Shown piece after piece: positions 8,561 to 19,310 of a stretch of DNA of 64,000 nucleotides. The stretch's first letter is position 1. Each line of letters opens with the position of its first letter. This DNA comes from Spirochaetia bacterium (GTDB lineage: Bacteria; Spirochaetota; Spirochaetia; DSM-2461). The stretch covers positions 192,001-256,000 of the forward strand of contig OY764216.1 in the NCBI GenBank assembly GCA_963668315.1, given 5' to 3'. The notes under the pieces were generated by a model, which worked only from the letters and a program-made list of their open reading frames with translations, made no database searches and was not told the origin of the DNA. A program made the translations under genes and the position numbers.

Positions 8561-11500
8561 CTAAGCGAGTTCCCTCACCGACTCGTTCTCCCCGTCCAGA
8601 GCCTCCCGGACAGCGGCGGCCAGATCGGCCGTGCCTATCGGCTTGCGGATAAGCCCGTCAAGGCCCAGCTCCTCCGCCTTGTCCTCGTCCATCCTTTCAT
8701 TATAGCCGGTACAGATAATGACGGGGATCTCAGGCCTGATACTTTTAAGTTTTCCGGCCAGCTCAACTCCGGTCAATCCGGGCATAGCCATATCGGCGAT
8801 AACCAGATCTACTCCGTGGGGATCTTTCCGGTAAGCCTCCAGGGCCTCATTACTGCTGAGGCAGGAAGTAACCCGATAACCCAGCCGCGTCAGGATCAGT
8901 TCTTCCAGCTTCAGAACGGCACTGTCATCGTCCACAATCAGGAGCCGTTCAGATCCCAGAAGAAGGGGTTCTGAGGATTTCTCGGCGGGAAGAGTCTCTT
9001 CCTCCATAATGGAGAGATATATGTGAAAGGCTGTCCCCCGGCCCTCATCGCTCTCCACGAAGATTTCTCCGTGATGCTCTTTAATAATACCGTAGACCAC
9101 AGCCAGGCCCAGCCCCGTGCCCTTACCCAGCGGCTTTGTCGTAAAGTAGGGCTCAAAGATCTTTCCTATCACGTCCCGGGGGATCCCTTCTCCGTCATCG
9201 GAGATACACAGATGGGCATAGCGCCCCGGCGTCATGGATGGTTCGGGTAGCTCAGCCCCCTCAAGAGTCCTCTCTTCCAGAAGGATGCGGATCTCTCCCC
9301 CCGCCGCTTCCACCGCATGGGAAGCGTTGGTGATAATATTCAGGACGACCTGATGGAACTGATTCGGATCAATCCTGACCGGACCGCACAGGGGATCTAT
9401 CGTCTGAACGATATCAACACCGGCGGGAACCGTCGCCTGGATCAGCTTACCTACCTCTTCTATGACCTGCTGCAGCCGTACGGTTTCCGCCTGATGCACA
9501 CTTTTTCGGCTGAACGCCAGGATCTGCTGAACGAGATGGGCCGCCCTCTTTCCCGCCTTCAAGATTTCCCGGACCATGCAATAACCGTCGCTTCCGGGCA
9601 GAAGATCTTCCATCAGAAGTTCCGCCATCCCCGTGACAGGGGTCAGAATATTATTGAAATCGTGGGCGATTCCTCCCGCCAGGCTGCCTATGGCTTCCAG
9701 TTTCTGGGACTCCTCCATCCTTTCGGCCATGCGCTTTTTCTCCGTGACATCGGTGCCTATCGCCACAAGAGAAAAGGGGATTCCCCGGTCATCCCGTACC
9801 AGCCTGGTACGACAGGCAAGGGTTATTTCCTCACCCTTGCCGGAATGGCTGACGACTTCCCCCTCCCACTGGCCCATTTCCAGAACCTGGGACAGGATCT
9901 CCCTCTGGGAAGCTCCCCCTATCTGGGCCTCTCCGTAGATATCAACAGATCGTCCGACCAGTTCCTCCCGCCTGTAATCCAGGGTCCGGCATTCCGTCTC
10001 ATTCACATAGGTGATATTTCCCTCAAGGTCGGTTGCAACGATATGATCCTGTATCTGATCCAGAAGCAGAGCCTGGAATTTCAGGTCCATCTCCTGCTTT
10101 TTCCTTGTGGTAATATCCTTGATAAAACTGACGAACTCCTTTTCGTTTCTCCTTAACTGGATGATGACTTCAAGATCCACAGGGGAACCGTCTTTCTTCC
10201 GCTGAACCGTTTCGAACTGAACATGCCCTGTCTCCAGCAGCTTCCGCAGCCGTTCCGTTTCCTCTCCAGGGGTATCTTCCCTTTCAATATCCTCTATTCC
10301 CATGGTCAGAAGTTCTTCCTCTCCGTATCCCACCATGCGGCAATAGGCCTGGTTGACTTCAAGGATCCGCCCATTAATATCCATACGGACAAAACCGTCC
10401 AGAGAAGTCTGGATAATAGACCGGTACCGGTCTTCCAGCTCTTTCTTTTCCGTTATATCCTCACCGGAGCAGAGAAGTCTTGTGATATCCCCCTGGTTGT
10501 TCGTGATGTACGTATTGTACCAGACGATGTTTCTGATATTTCCGGTACGGGTTTGTATCCGGTTTTCGAAGGATTCGGGGAGCTCTATCTCCCTCCGGAT
10601 AAAGCGGGAAAAGACTGATCTCACCTCCTCCCTGCAGTCATCGGGAAGAAATTCGCCGAACCAGTCTCTCCCCATCAGATTCTCCCTGCTCCATTCCAGA
10701 ACTCTGCAGGCATAGTCGTTGACCAGAGTAATTTTACCGGAGGGATCCATTCCGATAAAAACGACCTCGGACATGTTAAGATATCGGTCGGCCAGCTTCT
10801 TCTGCTTCAGAATCTCCTCTTCCGCTTCCTTCCGCCTGTCTATGTCCCCATGAGTCCCCACCAGACGGGACGCCCGGCCTTCGCTGTCCCACTCTACGGC
10901 TTTCCCCCTGGTTAAAACCCATTTCCAGTGACCTTCCTCAGTTTTTACCCGGAACTCCGTCTCGAAGGGTTCACCCGATTTCATACTCTCCGAAATGATT
11001 CCATAGGTTTTATCCAGATCTTCGGGATGAACCAGCTCAAGGCAGGAAGCCAGATTCAGAGGAATTTCCTTAACTTCATACCCCAGCATGGTGTAGCATT
11101 TGGAGCTCAGAAACAGTTCGTCCTTGCCGGGCTGCCACTCCCAGATCCCGTCTGAGACGGCTTCCACAGCCCGGGAATAGCGGGTTTCGCTTCTCTTCAG
11201 CGCCTGCCTTATGAGGTACGGTTCGGTGATATCATGCTGAATTCCCACGACATGACTGGCTTTCCCCTTTTTATCATACTTGACGATCGCCCGGGCATGA
11301 TGCAGCCTTTCCGAGCCGTCGGGGAGGATGACCCGGTAGGTCTGATCATAGGTCCCCCCTTCCCGGACAAGATCCTTCATAGCCCTGTCCACCGGCTCCC
11401 TTTCATCGGGATGAATAAAACGGAGGAATTCTTCATGGGGAAATCCCGAAGTTCTGTAGGGCAGGCCGAAAAGGGAAAAGTACTCCTCGGAGCACTGGGA

Positions 11501-12010
11501 CGTATTCTCCGCAATATTCCAGCTCCAGCTCCCCAGGCTGGCGATTCGCTGTGCTTCCAGCAAATGGTTCCGGCTTATCCGGGCTTCCTCCAAAGTATAT
11601 TCCAGCTGGTCACGGGTCATTCTGTTATCCTGCTCCAGAGAACGGAGATCAGTGATATCATCCAAAATGACGATTGCCCCCGTAAAAGCCTCTCCTCCTT
11701 CAAGGGGGCTGACCGAGGATCTCACTCTTCTTCTCTCCCCCTTCCGGGTCAGGATTTCCCACTCTCCGTGCCGGTCAGAAGAATTCTCCTGAAAAAACCG
11801 GTCGACAGGACAGTCTCTGCAGCATCGCTGTCCTTCATCGCCGAATACTTCATAACACTTCCTGCCGGAGATCTCATCCCTCTTCCATCCGGTCAGTTTT
11901 TCCGACGCCCGGTTGACATAGAGAAGGTTCTTGTCCATATCACGGATATAAACCGATTCGTTCATACTCTCAAGAATGGCTTGGTGAAAATCGGGAGATT
12001 TCAATATCAC
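8561..12010 (-). CDS. Multi-PAS hybrid sensor histidine kinase with receiver domain
   Basis: Several PAS/PAC units, H-box LAGGIAHDFNNIL, FTTK..GKGTGLGL, C-terminal REC (LLIVDDD, DMAMP). Confidence 0.93.
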   Translation of the reverse strand: MILKSPDFHQAILESMNESVYIRDMDKNLLYVNRASEKLTGWKRDEISGRKCYEVFGDEGQRCCRDCPVDRFFQENSSDRHGEWEILTRKGERRRVRSSVSPLEGGEAFTGAIVILDDITDLRSLEQDNRMTRDQLEYTLEEARISRNHLLEAQRIASLGSWSWNIAENTSQCSEEYFSLFGLPYRTSGFPHEEFLRFIHPDEREPVDRAMKDLVREGGTYDQTYRVILPDGSERLHHARAIVKYDKKGKASHVVGIQHDITEPYLIRQALKRSETRYSRAVEAVSDGIWEWQPGKDELFLSSKCYTMLGYEVKEIPLNLASCLELVHPEDLDKTYGIISESMKSGEPFETEFRVKTEEGHWKWVLTRGKAVEWDSEGRASRLVGTHGDIDRRKEAEEEILKQKKLADRYLNMSEVVFIGMDPSGKITLVNDYACRVLEWSRENLMGRDWFGEFLPDDCREEVRSVFSRFIRREIELPESFENRIQTRTGNIRNIVWYNTYITNNQGDITRLLCSGEDITEKKELEDRYRSIIQTSLDGFVRMDINGRILEVNQAYCRMVGYGEEELLTMGIEDIEREDTPGEETERLRKLLETGHVQFETVQRKKDGSPVDLEVIIQLRRNEKEFVSFIKDITTRKKQEMDLKFQALLLDQIQDHIVATDLEGNITYVNETECRTLDYRREELVGRSVDIYGEAQIGGASQREILSQVLEMGQWEGEVVSHSGKGEEITLACRTRLVRDDRGIPFSLVAIGTDVTEKKRMAERMEESQKLEAIGSLAGGIAHDFNNILTPVTGMAELLMEDLLPGSDGYCMVREILKAGKRAAHLVQQILAFSRKSVHQAETVRLQQVIEEVGKLIQATVPAGVDIVQTIDPLCGPVRIDPNQFHQVVLNIITNASHAVEAAGGEIRILLEERTLEGAELPEPSMTPGRYAHLCISDDGEGIPRDVIGKIFEPYFTTKPLGKGTGLGLAVVYGIIKEHHGEIFVESDEGRGTAFHIYLSIMEEETLPAEKSSEPLLLGSERLLIVDDDSAVLKLEELILTRLGYRVTSCLSSNEALEAYRKDPHGVDLVIADMAMPGLTGVELAGKLKSIRPEIPVIICTGYNERMDEDKAEELGLDGLIRKPIGTADLAAAVREALDGENESVRELA

Positions 12011-12111
12011 AGGCAGTCCTCTTTACCGGGGAGAAACCGATATCAAATGTTAATTATTCTTAATCTTAGTTGATTACACACCCTGTGTCAAATAAAAAGC
12101 TGATGCTTTGC

Positions 12112-14487
12112 TTACTCAATAACCGGCAGATAAATACGGAATGTAGCTCCCCTTCCCACTTCACTCTCCACGGCGATCTCTCCCTTATGTTCCTTGACAA
12201 TTCCGTAAACCACAGCCAGCCCCAGACCGGTGCCCTTTCCCAGTTCCTTCGTGGTGAAATAGGGCTCGAAAATCCTTTCGCTCACCTCACGGGAGATACC
12301 GCAGCCCTCGTCGGATATGGAAAGGACCGCATACCTCCCTTCCGGCAGGGAAGCCAGCTTCCCCTTATCCTCACCCAGACGTTCCTCACCCAGAAAAATG
12401 CGGATTTCCCCTTTTCTCCGTTCCATGGCATGGCCCGCATTGGTCAGGATGTTAAGAATGACCTGATGCAGCTGGGTAGGATCGGCCTTGACCAGACCGC
12501 AGGGTCGGTCTATATCCATCACGATCTTGACTCCAGCGGGAACGGCCGCCTTGAAAAGGCCATGGGTTTCCCGGATAATCGGCGCCAGCGCCACATCGGA
12601 GTAACGGCGGGGGCTTCTCCTGCTGAAGGCGAGAATCTGCCTGACCAGATCGGCCCCCCTCTCGCTTGCCTCGAAGATATCCCGTACTTTCCCGTAAGAG
12701 ACGTGCTCCCGGGGAATTTCCTGCATGATCAGTTCGGACAATCCCATTACCGGAGTCAGGATATTGTTGAAATCGTGGGCGATTCCCCCGGCCAGACTGC
12801 CAATGGACTCCAGCTTCTGGGATTGTCTCAGCTGGTCGGCGATACGTCTTTTTTCCGTTATATCCTCTCCCGCACTCAGAATACTCACGGGACGGCCTTC
12901 CCCGTCGGTAATCAGACTGTTGTGCCAGGCCACGATAATCTCCCGTCCCGAAGCGGTTCGGATAGAGTTCTCATGATACTCCATAGGAGCCGTCATCTCA
13001 CCCCGAGCCACCATTCGAAGCAGCTTTCTCACGCTCTCCTGCTGGGAACAGGGAATGAAAGAGTCCACCCAGTCCCGGCCGATAATCATGCACTCCTCCG
13101 GGCATTCCAGAACCCGCCGGGCATAGCGGTTCGCCAGGAGGACCTTCCCTTCAAGGTCAACCCCGATAAAAATGACATTCGCCATATTCAGGTACTTCTC
13201 GGCTGTTCGCTTCTGGTTAAGGATCTCCGCTTCATACTCCTTGCGCCTGTCCAGATCCATATGGGTCCCCAGCATACGGAGAGCCCGCCCCCGGTCATCC
13301 TTTCCCACGGTTCGGCCCCGGGCCAGAATCCATTTCCACATTCCCGCCTTCGTGCGCAGCCTGTACTCTATTTCAAAGGAGCTCCCCGATTCCCGGCTTT
13401 CCCCGACGGCTTTGAGAAAATCGTCCCTGTCCTCGGGATGGATGAGATCCCTCCAGAAAGCCATATCGGGGTCCATCGTCTCCGGGCCGTAACCCAGCAT
13501 GGAAAACCATTTACCGCTGAGATAGAGCTTATCATCGGAGATCTGCCAGTCCCAGACACCGTCGGAAACGGCATCCAGGGCCAGGGACAAGCGCTCCCGG
13601 CTCTCCACCAGAGCCCTTTCGGTCAGATAAAGATCGGTAATATCATGAACAATTCCGACATTGATGTCCGGAAGTCCCCCCTCCCCTCTTTTCACCTCGG
13701 CCCGGGCGTTATGAACCCTCTCCGAGCCGTCGTGAAGAATCACCCGGTAGGTTTCGTGAAAAACGGAGTGTTCCCTTACCGATTTATCCATGGCTAAATG
13801 GATTCTCTCCCGGTCTTCGGGATGCATGATATTATAAATATAGTTCCTTGAGAGCCCCTCCGGACTATAGGGCAGATGAAAAAGCTGGAAATATCCCTTG
13901 GAACCGTAGAAGATATCGTCGCCCACCACCCGGCGCCAGCTTCCGACCCGGCCGATCTCCTGAGCTTCCTCCAGCTCCCTCTGCTTGGCGGCCAGCTCCC
14001 TCTCCATCTTCTTGCGCTCGCTGATATCCACATGGGTCCCCACGAGCCGGACGGCCCTTCCTGAATCATCGAAAAGGACATTGGCCCGTGAAAGAATATC
14101 CACCCAATGGCCCATTTTGTGGCGCATCCGGAATTCCACCTCTAAACGGTCACGCGTTCCGGTCAAAACCTCGTTCAGGAATTTCTTGACAAGAACAAGA
14201 TCCCCCGATTCCGTCAGCCTCTCCCATTGGCTTATTTCATTCTCGATTTCATCATCCTCGTATCCGATAAGCCTTTTCCAGGCGGGAGAATAGTAGATCT
14301 CTTCAGTCAGAAGGTTCCAGTCATAAAGACCGTCCCGGGTAAAATCCAGGGCCAGCTGAAGTCTTTCGGCGTTTTTTGCCATGTCGTGGGTCGGTGTTTC
14401 TTTGCGTTCCATAGAATATAAGGCCTTGCTCCCCCGGGAAGGAGATGGATCTATTGGAATTATAACCCCTCTTTGCCCATGTATCAA
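12112..14487 (-). CDS. Multi-PAS sensor histidine kinase without receiver; true start probably downstream (about 14380-14410)
   Basis: PAS units, AHDFNNIL, HATPase motifs; ends at IYLPVIE. Confidence 0.9.
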   Translation of the reverse strand: MIHGQRGVIIPIDPSPSRGSKALYSMERKETPTHDMAKNAERLQLALDFTRDGLYDWNLLTEEIYYSPAWKRLIGYEDDEIENEISQWERLTESGDLVLVKKFLNEVLTGTRDRLEVEFRMRHKMGHWVDILSRANVLFDDSGRAVRLVGTHVDISERKKMERELAAKQRELEEAQEIGRVGSWRRVVGDDIFYGSKGYFQLFHLPYSPEGLSRNYIYNIMHPEDRERIHLAMDKSVREHSVFHETYRVILHDGSERVHNARAEVKRGEGGLPDINVGIVHDITDLYLTERALVESRERLSLALDAVSDGVWDWQISDDKLYLSGKWFSMLGYGPETMDPDMAFWRDLIHPEDRDDFLKAVGESRESGSSFEIEYRLRTKAGMWKWILARGRTVGKDDRGRALRMLGTHMDLDRRKEYEAEILNQKRTAEKYLNMANVIFIGVDLEGKVLLANRYARRVLECPEECMIIGRDWVDSFIPCSQQESVRKLLRMVARGEMTAPMEYHENSIRTASGREIIVAWHNSLITDGEGRPVSILSAGEDITEKRRIADQLRQSQKLESIGSLAGGIAHDFNNILTPVMGLSELIMQEIPREHVSYGKVRDIFEASERGADLVRQILAFSRRSPRRYSDVALAPIIRETHGLFKAAVPAGVKIVMDIDRPCGLVKADPTQLHQVILNILTNAGHAMERRKGEIRIFLGEERLGEDKGKLASLPEGRYAVLSISDEGCGISREVSERIFEPYFTTKELGKGTGLGLAVVYGIVKEHKGEIAVESEVGRGATFRIYLPVIE

Positions 14488-14592
14488 CTTCCATTCTTAT
14501 CGATTTTCCCTTCCCCCATGGAAGAAAGGTCGTACGGCCGTACACGTCAAAAGAAATTTGACAATATATATTTCTCCGAATATAACTGAATT

Positions 14593-15822
14593 ATGGACAG
14601 GGATAAAAGAAATATGGCGGCCTTTCTCTGGCACGCCGTTCTTCTCGCGGTAACAGTGACCTTTACCGATATCAATACGGTTTTCCCGGCGATGATTCTG
14701 GGAATGGGGGGCAGCAAATTCCATGTGGGAATCCTCACGGGCATCATGGTGGGAGTTCCCCTGGCCGGCCAGCTCCTCTTTGCCGGATTTCTCCATACCC
14801 GGCCCCGTAAAAAGCCCTATCTGCTCATCGGAATCTACCTGCGGGTTCTCTCCCTGTCTCTCCTGGCCCTTTTCCTCCTGAGGAGCGGATCGTGGGCCCT
14901 GGAACCGCTCCTGGGGGGAATCTATCTTACCCTCCTCCTTTTTACCCTGGGAGGGGCTTTTGCCGGAATAAGCTATATGGACCTGGTGGGAAAATCCTTT
15001 CCCGGAGAAAAGCGGAAGCTCTTTGTTCTGCGCCGCCAGACGGTCATGTCCTCGGGCATGCTCGTTTCCGCCCTTCTGACCCGCCTGATCATGGGACGGC
15101 TGGAACAGAGCTATCCCCTCCTCTTCGGGCTTTCCGCCGCGGCTCTCCTTCTGGCCAGTATAGGATTTCTGAATATCAGCGAAATGACCCACCCGGCCCG
15201 CAGACAGAATCTATCGGCGGGGGAGATAATCCGCCTGATACCCTCTTATCTTAAGTCCGATCCCACCCTGGCCCGCTACATTGCCGCTTCGAATCTTCTG
15301 GGGCTGGGAACGGTGCTCCTGCCCTTCTATATGGCACTGGCCAGGGATACCTACAGGCTGGACAACACCATGGTGGGCAATCTGATCCTCATACAGTTCG
15401 CCGGGATGATCCTGAGCAATATCCTGTGGCGCCGTATTGTCTCCCGTAAGAGCTTTAAGGGGATGCTGAAAGTCTGGAGCCTTTTGGGCTTTATCATGCC
15501 CCCCGTCGCCCTGGCAGCCTCCCGTTTCCTGCCCCTGGGAGGGTTCGTTCCGGTTTTTCTTTTTACCGGATTCTACCTGGGCGCCCAGAAAGTAACTTCC
15601 GACGCGGTTCTCATGGAAATCAGCAATGAGGAAAACCGGGCTCTCTACACGGGGATTTTCGGAACCTTTAACATAAGTCTGGCCCTGTTCCCCATCATTA
15701 TCGGCTCTCTCATCGGATTCACCGGGTTCGCCCCTCTTTTCCTGCTCACATCTCTGGCCGCCGGAGCCTCATCCTTTTTCATCGGAAAAATGATCTGCCC
15801 CGTAGATAAAATACAAATGTAG
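14593..15822 (+). CDS. MFS transporter
   Basis: 409 aa hydrophobic protein with about 12 TM segments in two halves. Confidence 0.8.
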   Translation: MDRDKRNMAAFLWHAVLLAVTVTFTDINTVFPAMILGMGGSKFHVGILTGIMVGVPLAGQLLFAGFLHTRPRKKPYLLIGIYLRVLSLSLLALFLLRSGSWALEPLLGGIYLTLLLFTLGGAFAGISYMDLVGKSFPGEKRKLFVLRRQTVMSSGMLVSALLTRLIMGRLEQSYPLLFGLSAAALLLASIGFLNISEMTHPARRQNLSAGEIIRLIPSYLKSDPTLARYIAASNLLGLGTVLLPFYMALARDTYRLDNTMVGNLILIQFAGMILSNILWRRIVSRKSFKGMLKVWSLLGFIMPPVALAASRFLPLGGFVPVFLFTGFYLGAQKVTSDAVLMEISNEENRALYTGIFGTFNISLALFPIIIGSLIGFTGFAPLFLLTSLAAGASSFFIGKMICPVDKIQM

Positions 15823-15911
15823 AACCGCTTTGAAAGCGGCTCTGTAATCTTTATGGGTTGATCTTCTTTCCAAAACGTTCCATCATCCAGGAAAAAGCCA
15901 GGAGAATTACC

Positions 15912-17057
15912 ATGTCTGACCGCCGATACTGGATTGATACGCTCGTGAAAACAGCAACCCCTGTTTTCTCCGCCCTTGCCCGTGACGAACTGCGCCGAAC
16001 CATGCCCGTGGAAACAACGGGAGATCCCGGACAAAGAGCCCTCTATACCCACCTGGAGGCGGTAGGCCGCTGCCTGACCGGCATTGGTCCCTGGCTTGAA
16101 CTGACAGGGACCGGGGAGGTTGAGAAGAAACAGCAGGAAACCCTCGCCGAGCTGGTGAGAAAGGGTCTTGCCACAGGAGTGGACCCGGACAAGGCCGATT
16201 ACCTGAACTTCAGCCGGGGAGACCAGCCGGTGGTGGACGCGGCCTTCCTGGCCCAGGGCCTGCTCCGTTCCTGGAACTCCGTCTGGCTCAAGCTGGACGC
16301 TCAGACACAGGCCGGAACCATATCTCTCCTTGAATCAAGCCGGAAAATCAAACCCTATTACAGCAACTGGCTGCTCTTTTCCGCCATGATCGAAACCTTT
16401 CTCTGCAGGGCGGGACAGGAGTGGGACCGAATGCGGATCGACTACGCCCTGAAACAGCATGAGCAGTGGTACAAGGGGGACGGCCACTACGGGGACGGTC
16501 CGGAATTTCACTGGGACTACTACAACAGCTTCGTGATTCAGCCCATGATATACGATATTCTTCATTCGGAGCCGTCGATCGGGAAAGAATGGAAGGAGAT
16601 GGTTGAACCGTCCCGCGAAAGGCTCTCCCGATACGCCGGAATCCAGGAAAGGCTTATCTCCCCCGAAGGAACTTTCCCCCCCATAGGCCGCTCCCTGACC
16701 TACCGGTACGGAGCGTTTCATGCTCTTTCCATGGCGGCGGCAAAGGAGATTCTTCCCGAAGGCGTCTCGCCGGCTTCCGTCCGCTGTGCCCTCACAAAGG
16801 TCATCCGGAGGCAGATGGAAGCTCCCGGAACCTTCGACGCCGATGGCTGGCTGACCGTCGGATATGCCGGGCATCAGCCCTCCCTGGGAGAACCCTACAT
16901 TTCCACCGGAAGCCTTTACCTCTGTCTCGCCGGAATGCAGTGCCTCGGCCTGCCCGAGAGCCATGAGTTCTGGGCGGCACCGGATGAACCGTGGACCGCG
17001 GTGAAAATATGGGGAGGAGAAGACGCCCCCTGCGACCATGCCCTGGGCAAGAATTAG
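15912..17057 (+). CDS. DUF2264 family protein
   Basis: YTHLEAVGR, SNWLLFSAMIE, GDGHYGDGPEFHWDYYNSFVIQP, GRSLTYR, YISTGSLYLC; RBS AGGAG before ATG 15912. Confidence 0.8.
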   Translation: MSDRRYWIDTLVKTATPVFSALARDELRRTMPVETTGDPGQRALYTHLEAVGRCLTGIGPWLELTGTGEVEKKQQETLAELVRKGLATGVDPDKADYLNFSRGDQPVVDAAFLAQGLLRSWNSVWLKLDAQTQAGTISLLESSRKIKPYYSNWLLFSAMIETFLCRAGQEWDRMRIDYALKQHEQWYKGDGHYGDGPEFHWDYYNSFVIQPMIYDILHSEPSIGKEWKEMVEPSRERLSRYAGIQERLISPEGTFPPIGRSLTYRYGAFHALSMAAAKEILPEGVSPASVRCALTKVIRRQMEAPGTFDADGWLTVGYAGHQPSLGEPYISTGSLYLCLAGMQCLGLPESHEFWAAPDEPWTAVKIWGGEDAPCDHALGKN

Positions 17058-19090
17058 CCGCTTCCGATCAGTTCATGGACGATCCGGCTTATCTCGATAT
17101 CCCTGAAAGGCTTTTTCAGAAATCCGGACAGATTTACATCATGGAGGATCTCTTCATTGCTATCCTTTGAAAAACCGGAGGACAGAAGAATGGGGAGATC
17201 CCTCCTGATCGCTTTAATCTCGGCCGCGGTCTCCCTTCCGTTCATGCCGGTCATCGTCATATCCATAATAACCAGATCGAAGTAATTTTTATTCTCCCTT
17301 ATAATCTCCAGAGCTTCCAGCCCGTCGCCGGCGGGAGTCACCTTATAGCCCAGATTCGTCAATAGGGACTCGGTCGTGATCCTTACGAGATATTCATCAT
17401 CCACCAGCAGAATGCGGCCCGAACCGGTCTGCAGCTTATCCTCCCCTACATTGGAAATCCCGTTCCGGACACAGGGAATGTAGATATGAAAGATGGTGCC
17501 CACATACTCCTCGCTGTATACATGGATGGCCCCTCCGTGATGCTCGATAATACCGAAAGAGCTGGACAGACCGAGCCCGGCCCCCTTCCCGAACTCTTTG
17601 GTCGTGAAAAAGGGATCAAAAATTCTGTGAAGCTTATCCCGGGGAATCCCCACGCCGCTGTCTTCGATCTCTATCTTGCAGTACTCTCCGGGATGAAGAT
17701 CGTGGGGACAGAGAGCGCAGTACTGTTCGTTCAGGTGAATATTCTGCAGGCGGTAGGTCAGGGTCCCCCCGTCGGGCATAGCCTGGTTGGCGTTAATACC
17801 CATATTGAGAAAAATTCTCTGCAGCCCCCCCCGGTCTCCTTTGACATAGGGATTCCATGATTCGTTGGTGAATTGAAGGCTTATTTTCTTATTAACCGAT
17901 CTTTTCAGTATGGTAATCGTGCTCTCCAGTATCTCTCCCAGATCCAGAATCTTCATAACCGGACTTTCCACCCTGCTGAAATCCAGAAGTTTCCTTGTCA
18001 GGTCGGCGGCATGGTCGGACGCCTCCAGTATCATATTGGAATAGTCGACAATATTATCCTGATTTTCCGGATCCTCAAGAATGATCAGCTGTGCCGCATT
18101 CATGATGCTCGTCAGAAGATTATTGAAATCATGGGCGATTCCCCCGGCGAGCAGCCCCAGTGATTCCATTCGCTGCTTATGCTGCATCTCATTCTGAAGC
18201 CGGCGCAGGTCGGTGATATTGCCGGCATAAAGGTTCAGGTAGTCCTTGTCGTAAATATAGACAAGGGCGATCCGGTAGATCTTCTCCCCCACATCTTCCT
18301 CGATATACTTTATACTCTTCTCTTCTATCGCCTGGCGGGCTGTCGCGGCAATGTGATCGGGTATCTTATTTCCTATGGCGGACTGCCATTTCCTCAAGAG
18401 CGAGAGGGAAGCGGAATTGGCGATTGTGATAGTCATGGAATAGCTGATGCGCATGACAGGATCGGGATTCTCCCGCATAAACCGGGAGAGGTTCTCTATG
18501 AGTTCATTGGTTCTTCTTATCCGGTAATAGTGATAGAAGGAGTAGCAGATAACGGTGAGGAAGATAAGGGCGATAAAATAGTTCCTCACCTTCCTCAAAT
18601 GAGCTTTTCTGCGGGTCAAATCGCGGGAGAGGGATTCATAATCCCCAAGCAAGGCCGCCTCCCGGGATTTCAGCTTAGCGATAACCGCTTCCCGTGCCGC
18701 CCCGTAGTCCGCGAAACCGGCGGACATAATCCCGTCGGTAAGCTCCTTGAGCTTTACCGCATAGGGGGAAAGCCCTTTTCCCTCTCCTCCCGATTCATGA
18801 TCTCTCCCCAAGGGATTAAACAGAAAAAACGGCAAATCGCTGTCAATAATCTCCAGGTACTCACTGGCGGAGCAGCCGGCTCTCAGTTCATCATCCCACG
18901 TCCCCTCCATCGGGGCGATCTCCATTCTCAGCCATGACTGAACCAAGTCCTGGTTTGCTCGGCCCAGCATTTCAATTCTCAGGATAGAGGCATTCAGGGA
19001 GAAAATGGTGATAATCACCGAGATGCAGAAAAGCCCCACTGCCCCATTCAGAAAGAGAGAGAGATTGATCCTTTCCTTCTCCGCAGACAT
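17054..19090 (-). CDS. Membrane-bound hybrid sensor histidine kinase
   Basis: Two TM segments, AHDFNNLL, FTTKEFGKGAGLGL, REC domain (ILLVDDE). Confidence 0.9.
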   Translation of the reverse strand: MSAEKERINLSLFLNGAVGLFCISVIITIFSLNASILRIEMLGRANQDLVQSWLRMEIAPMEGTWDDELRAGCSASEYLEIIDSDLPFFLFNPLGRDHESGGEGKGLSPYAVKLKELTDGIMSAGFADYGAAREAVIAKLKSREAALLGDYESLSRDLTRRKAHLRKVRNYFIALIFLTVICYSFYHYYRIRRTNELIENLSRFMRENPDPVMRISYSMTITIANSASLSLLRKWQSAIGNKIPDHIAATARQAIEEKSIKYIEEDVGEKIYRIALVYIYDKDYLNLYAGNITDLRRLQNEMQHKQRMESLGLLAGGIAHDFNNLLTSIMNAAQLIILEDPENQDNIVDYSNMILEASDHAADLTRKLLDFSRVESPVMKILDLGEILESTITILKRSVNKKISLQFTNESWNPYVKGDRGGLQRIFLNMGINANQAMPDGGTLTYRLQNIHLNEQYCALCPHDLHPGEYCKIEIEDSGVGIPRDKLHRIFDPFFTTKEFGKGAGLGLSSSFGIIEHHGGAIHVYSEEYVGTIFHIYIPCVRNGISNVGEDKLQTGSGRILLVDDEYLVRITTESLLTNLGYKVTPAGDGLEALEIIRENKNYFDLVIMDMTMTGMNGRETAAEIKAIRRDLPILLSSGFSKDSNEEILHDVNLSGFLKKPFRDIEISRIVHELIGSG

Positions 19091-19310
19091 AGAAGACCCC
19101 GCTAATCAGCGTCAAAGTCACAGGAACACAACAGTCCCCATTCAAACTACTTGATAGGACCATGCGTTTCATTTCTTAATTTCCCGGATTTTTTACATTG
19201 ATGAAACAGAAGGAGAACGGCTTTTTAAATTATCCCCCATTTTTAGGCAGAAATCAACTTCCCCGACAGAATTCTCCTCAGGAACATCCTAAATCGTGTA
19301 TAATATGTCC

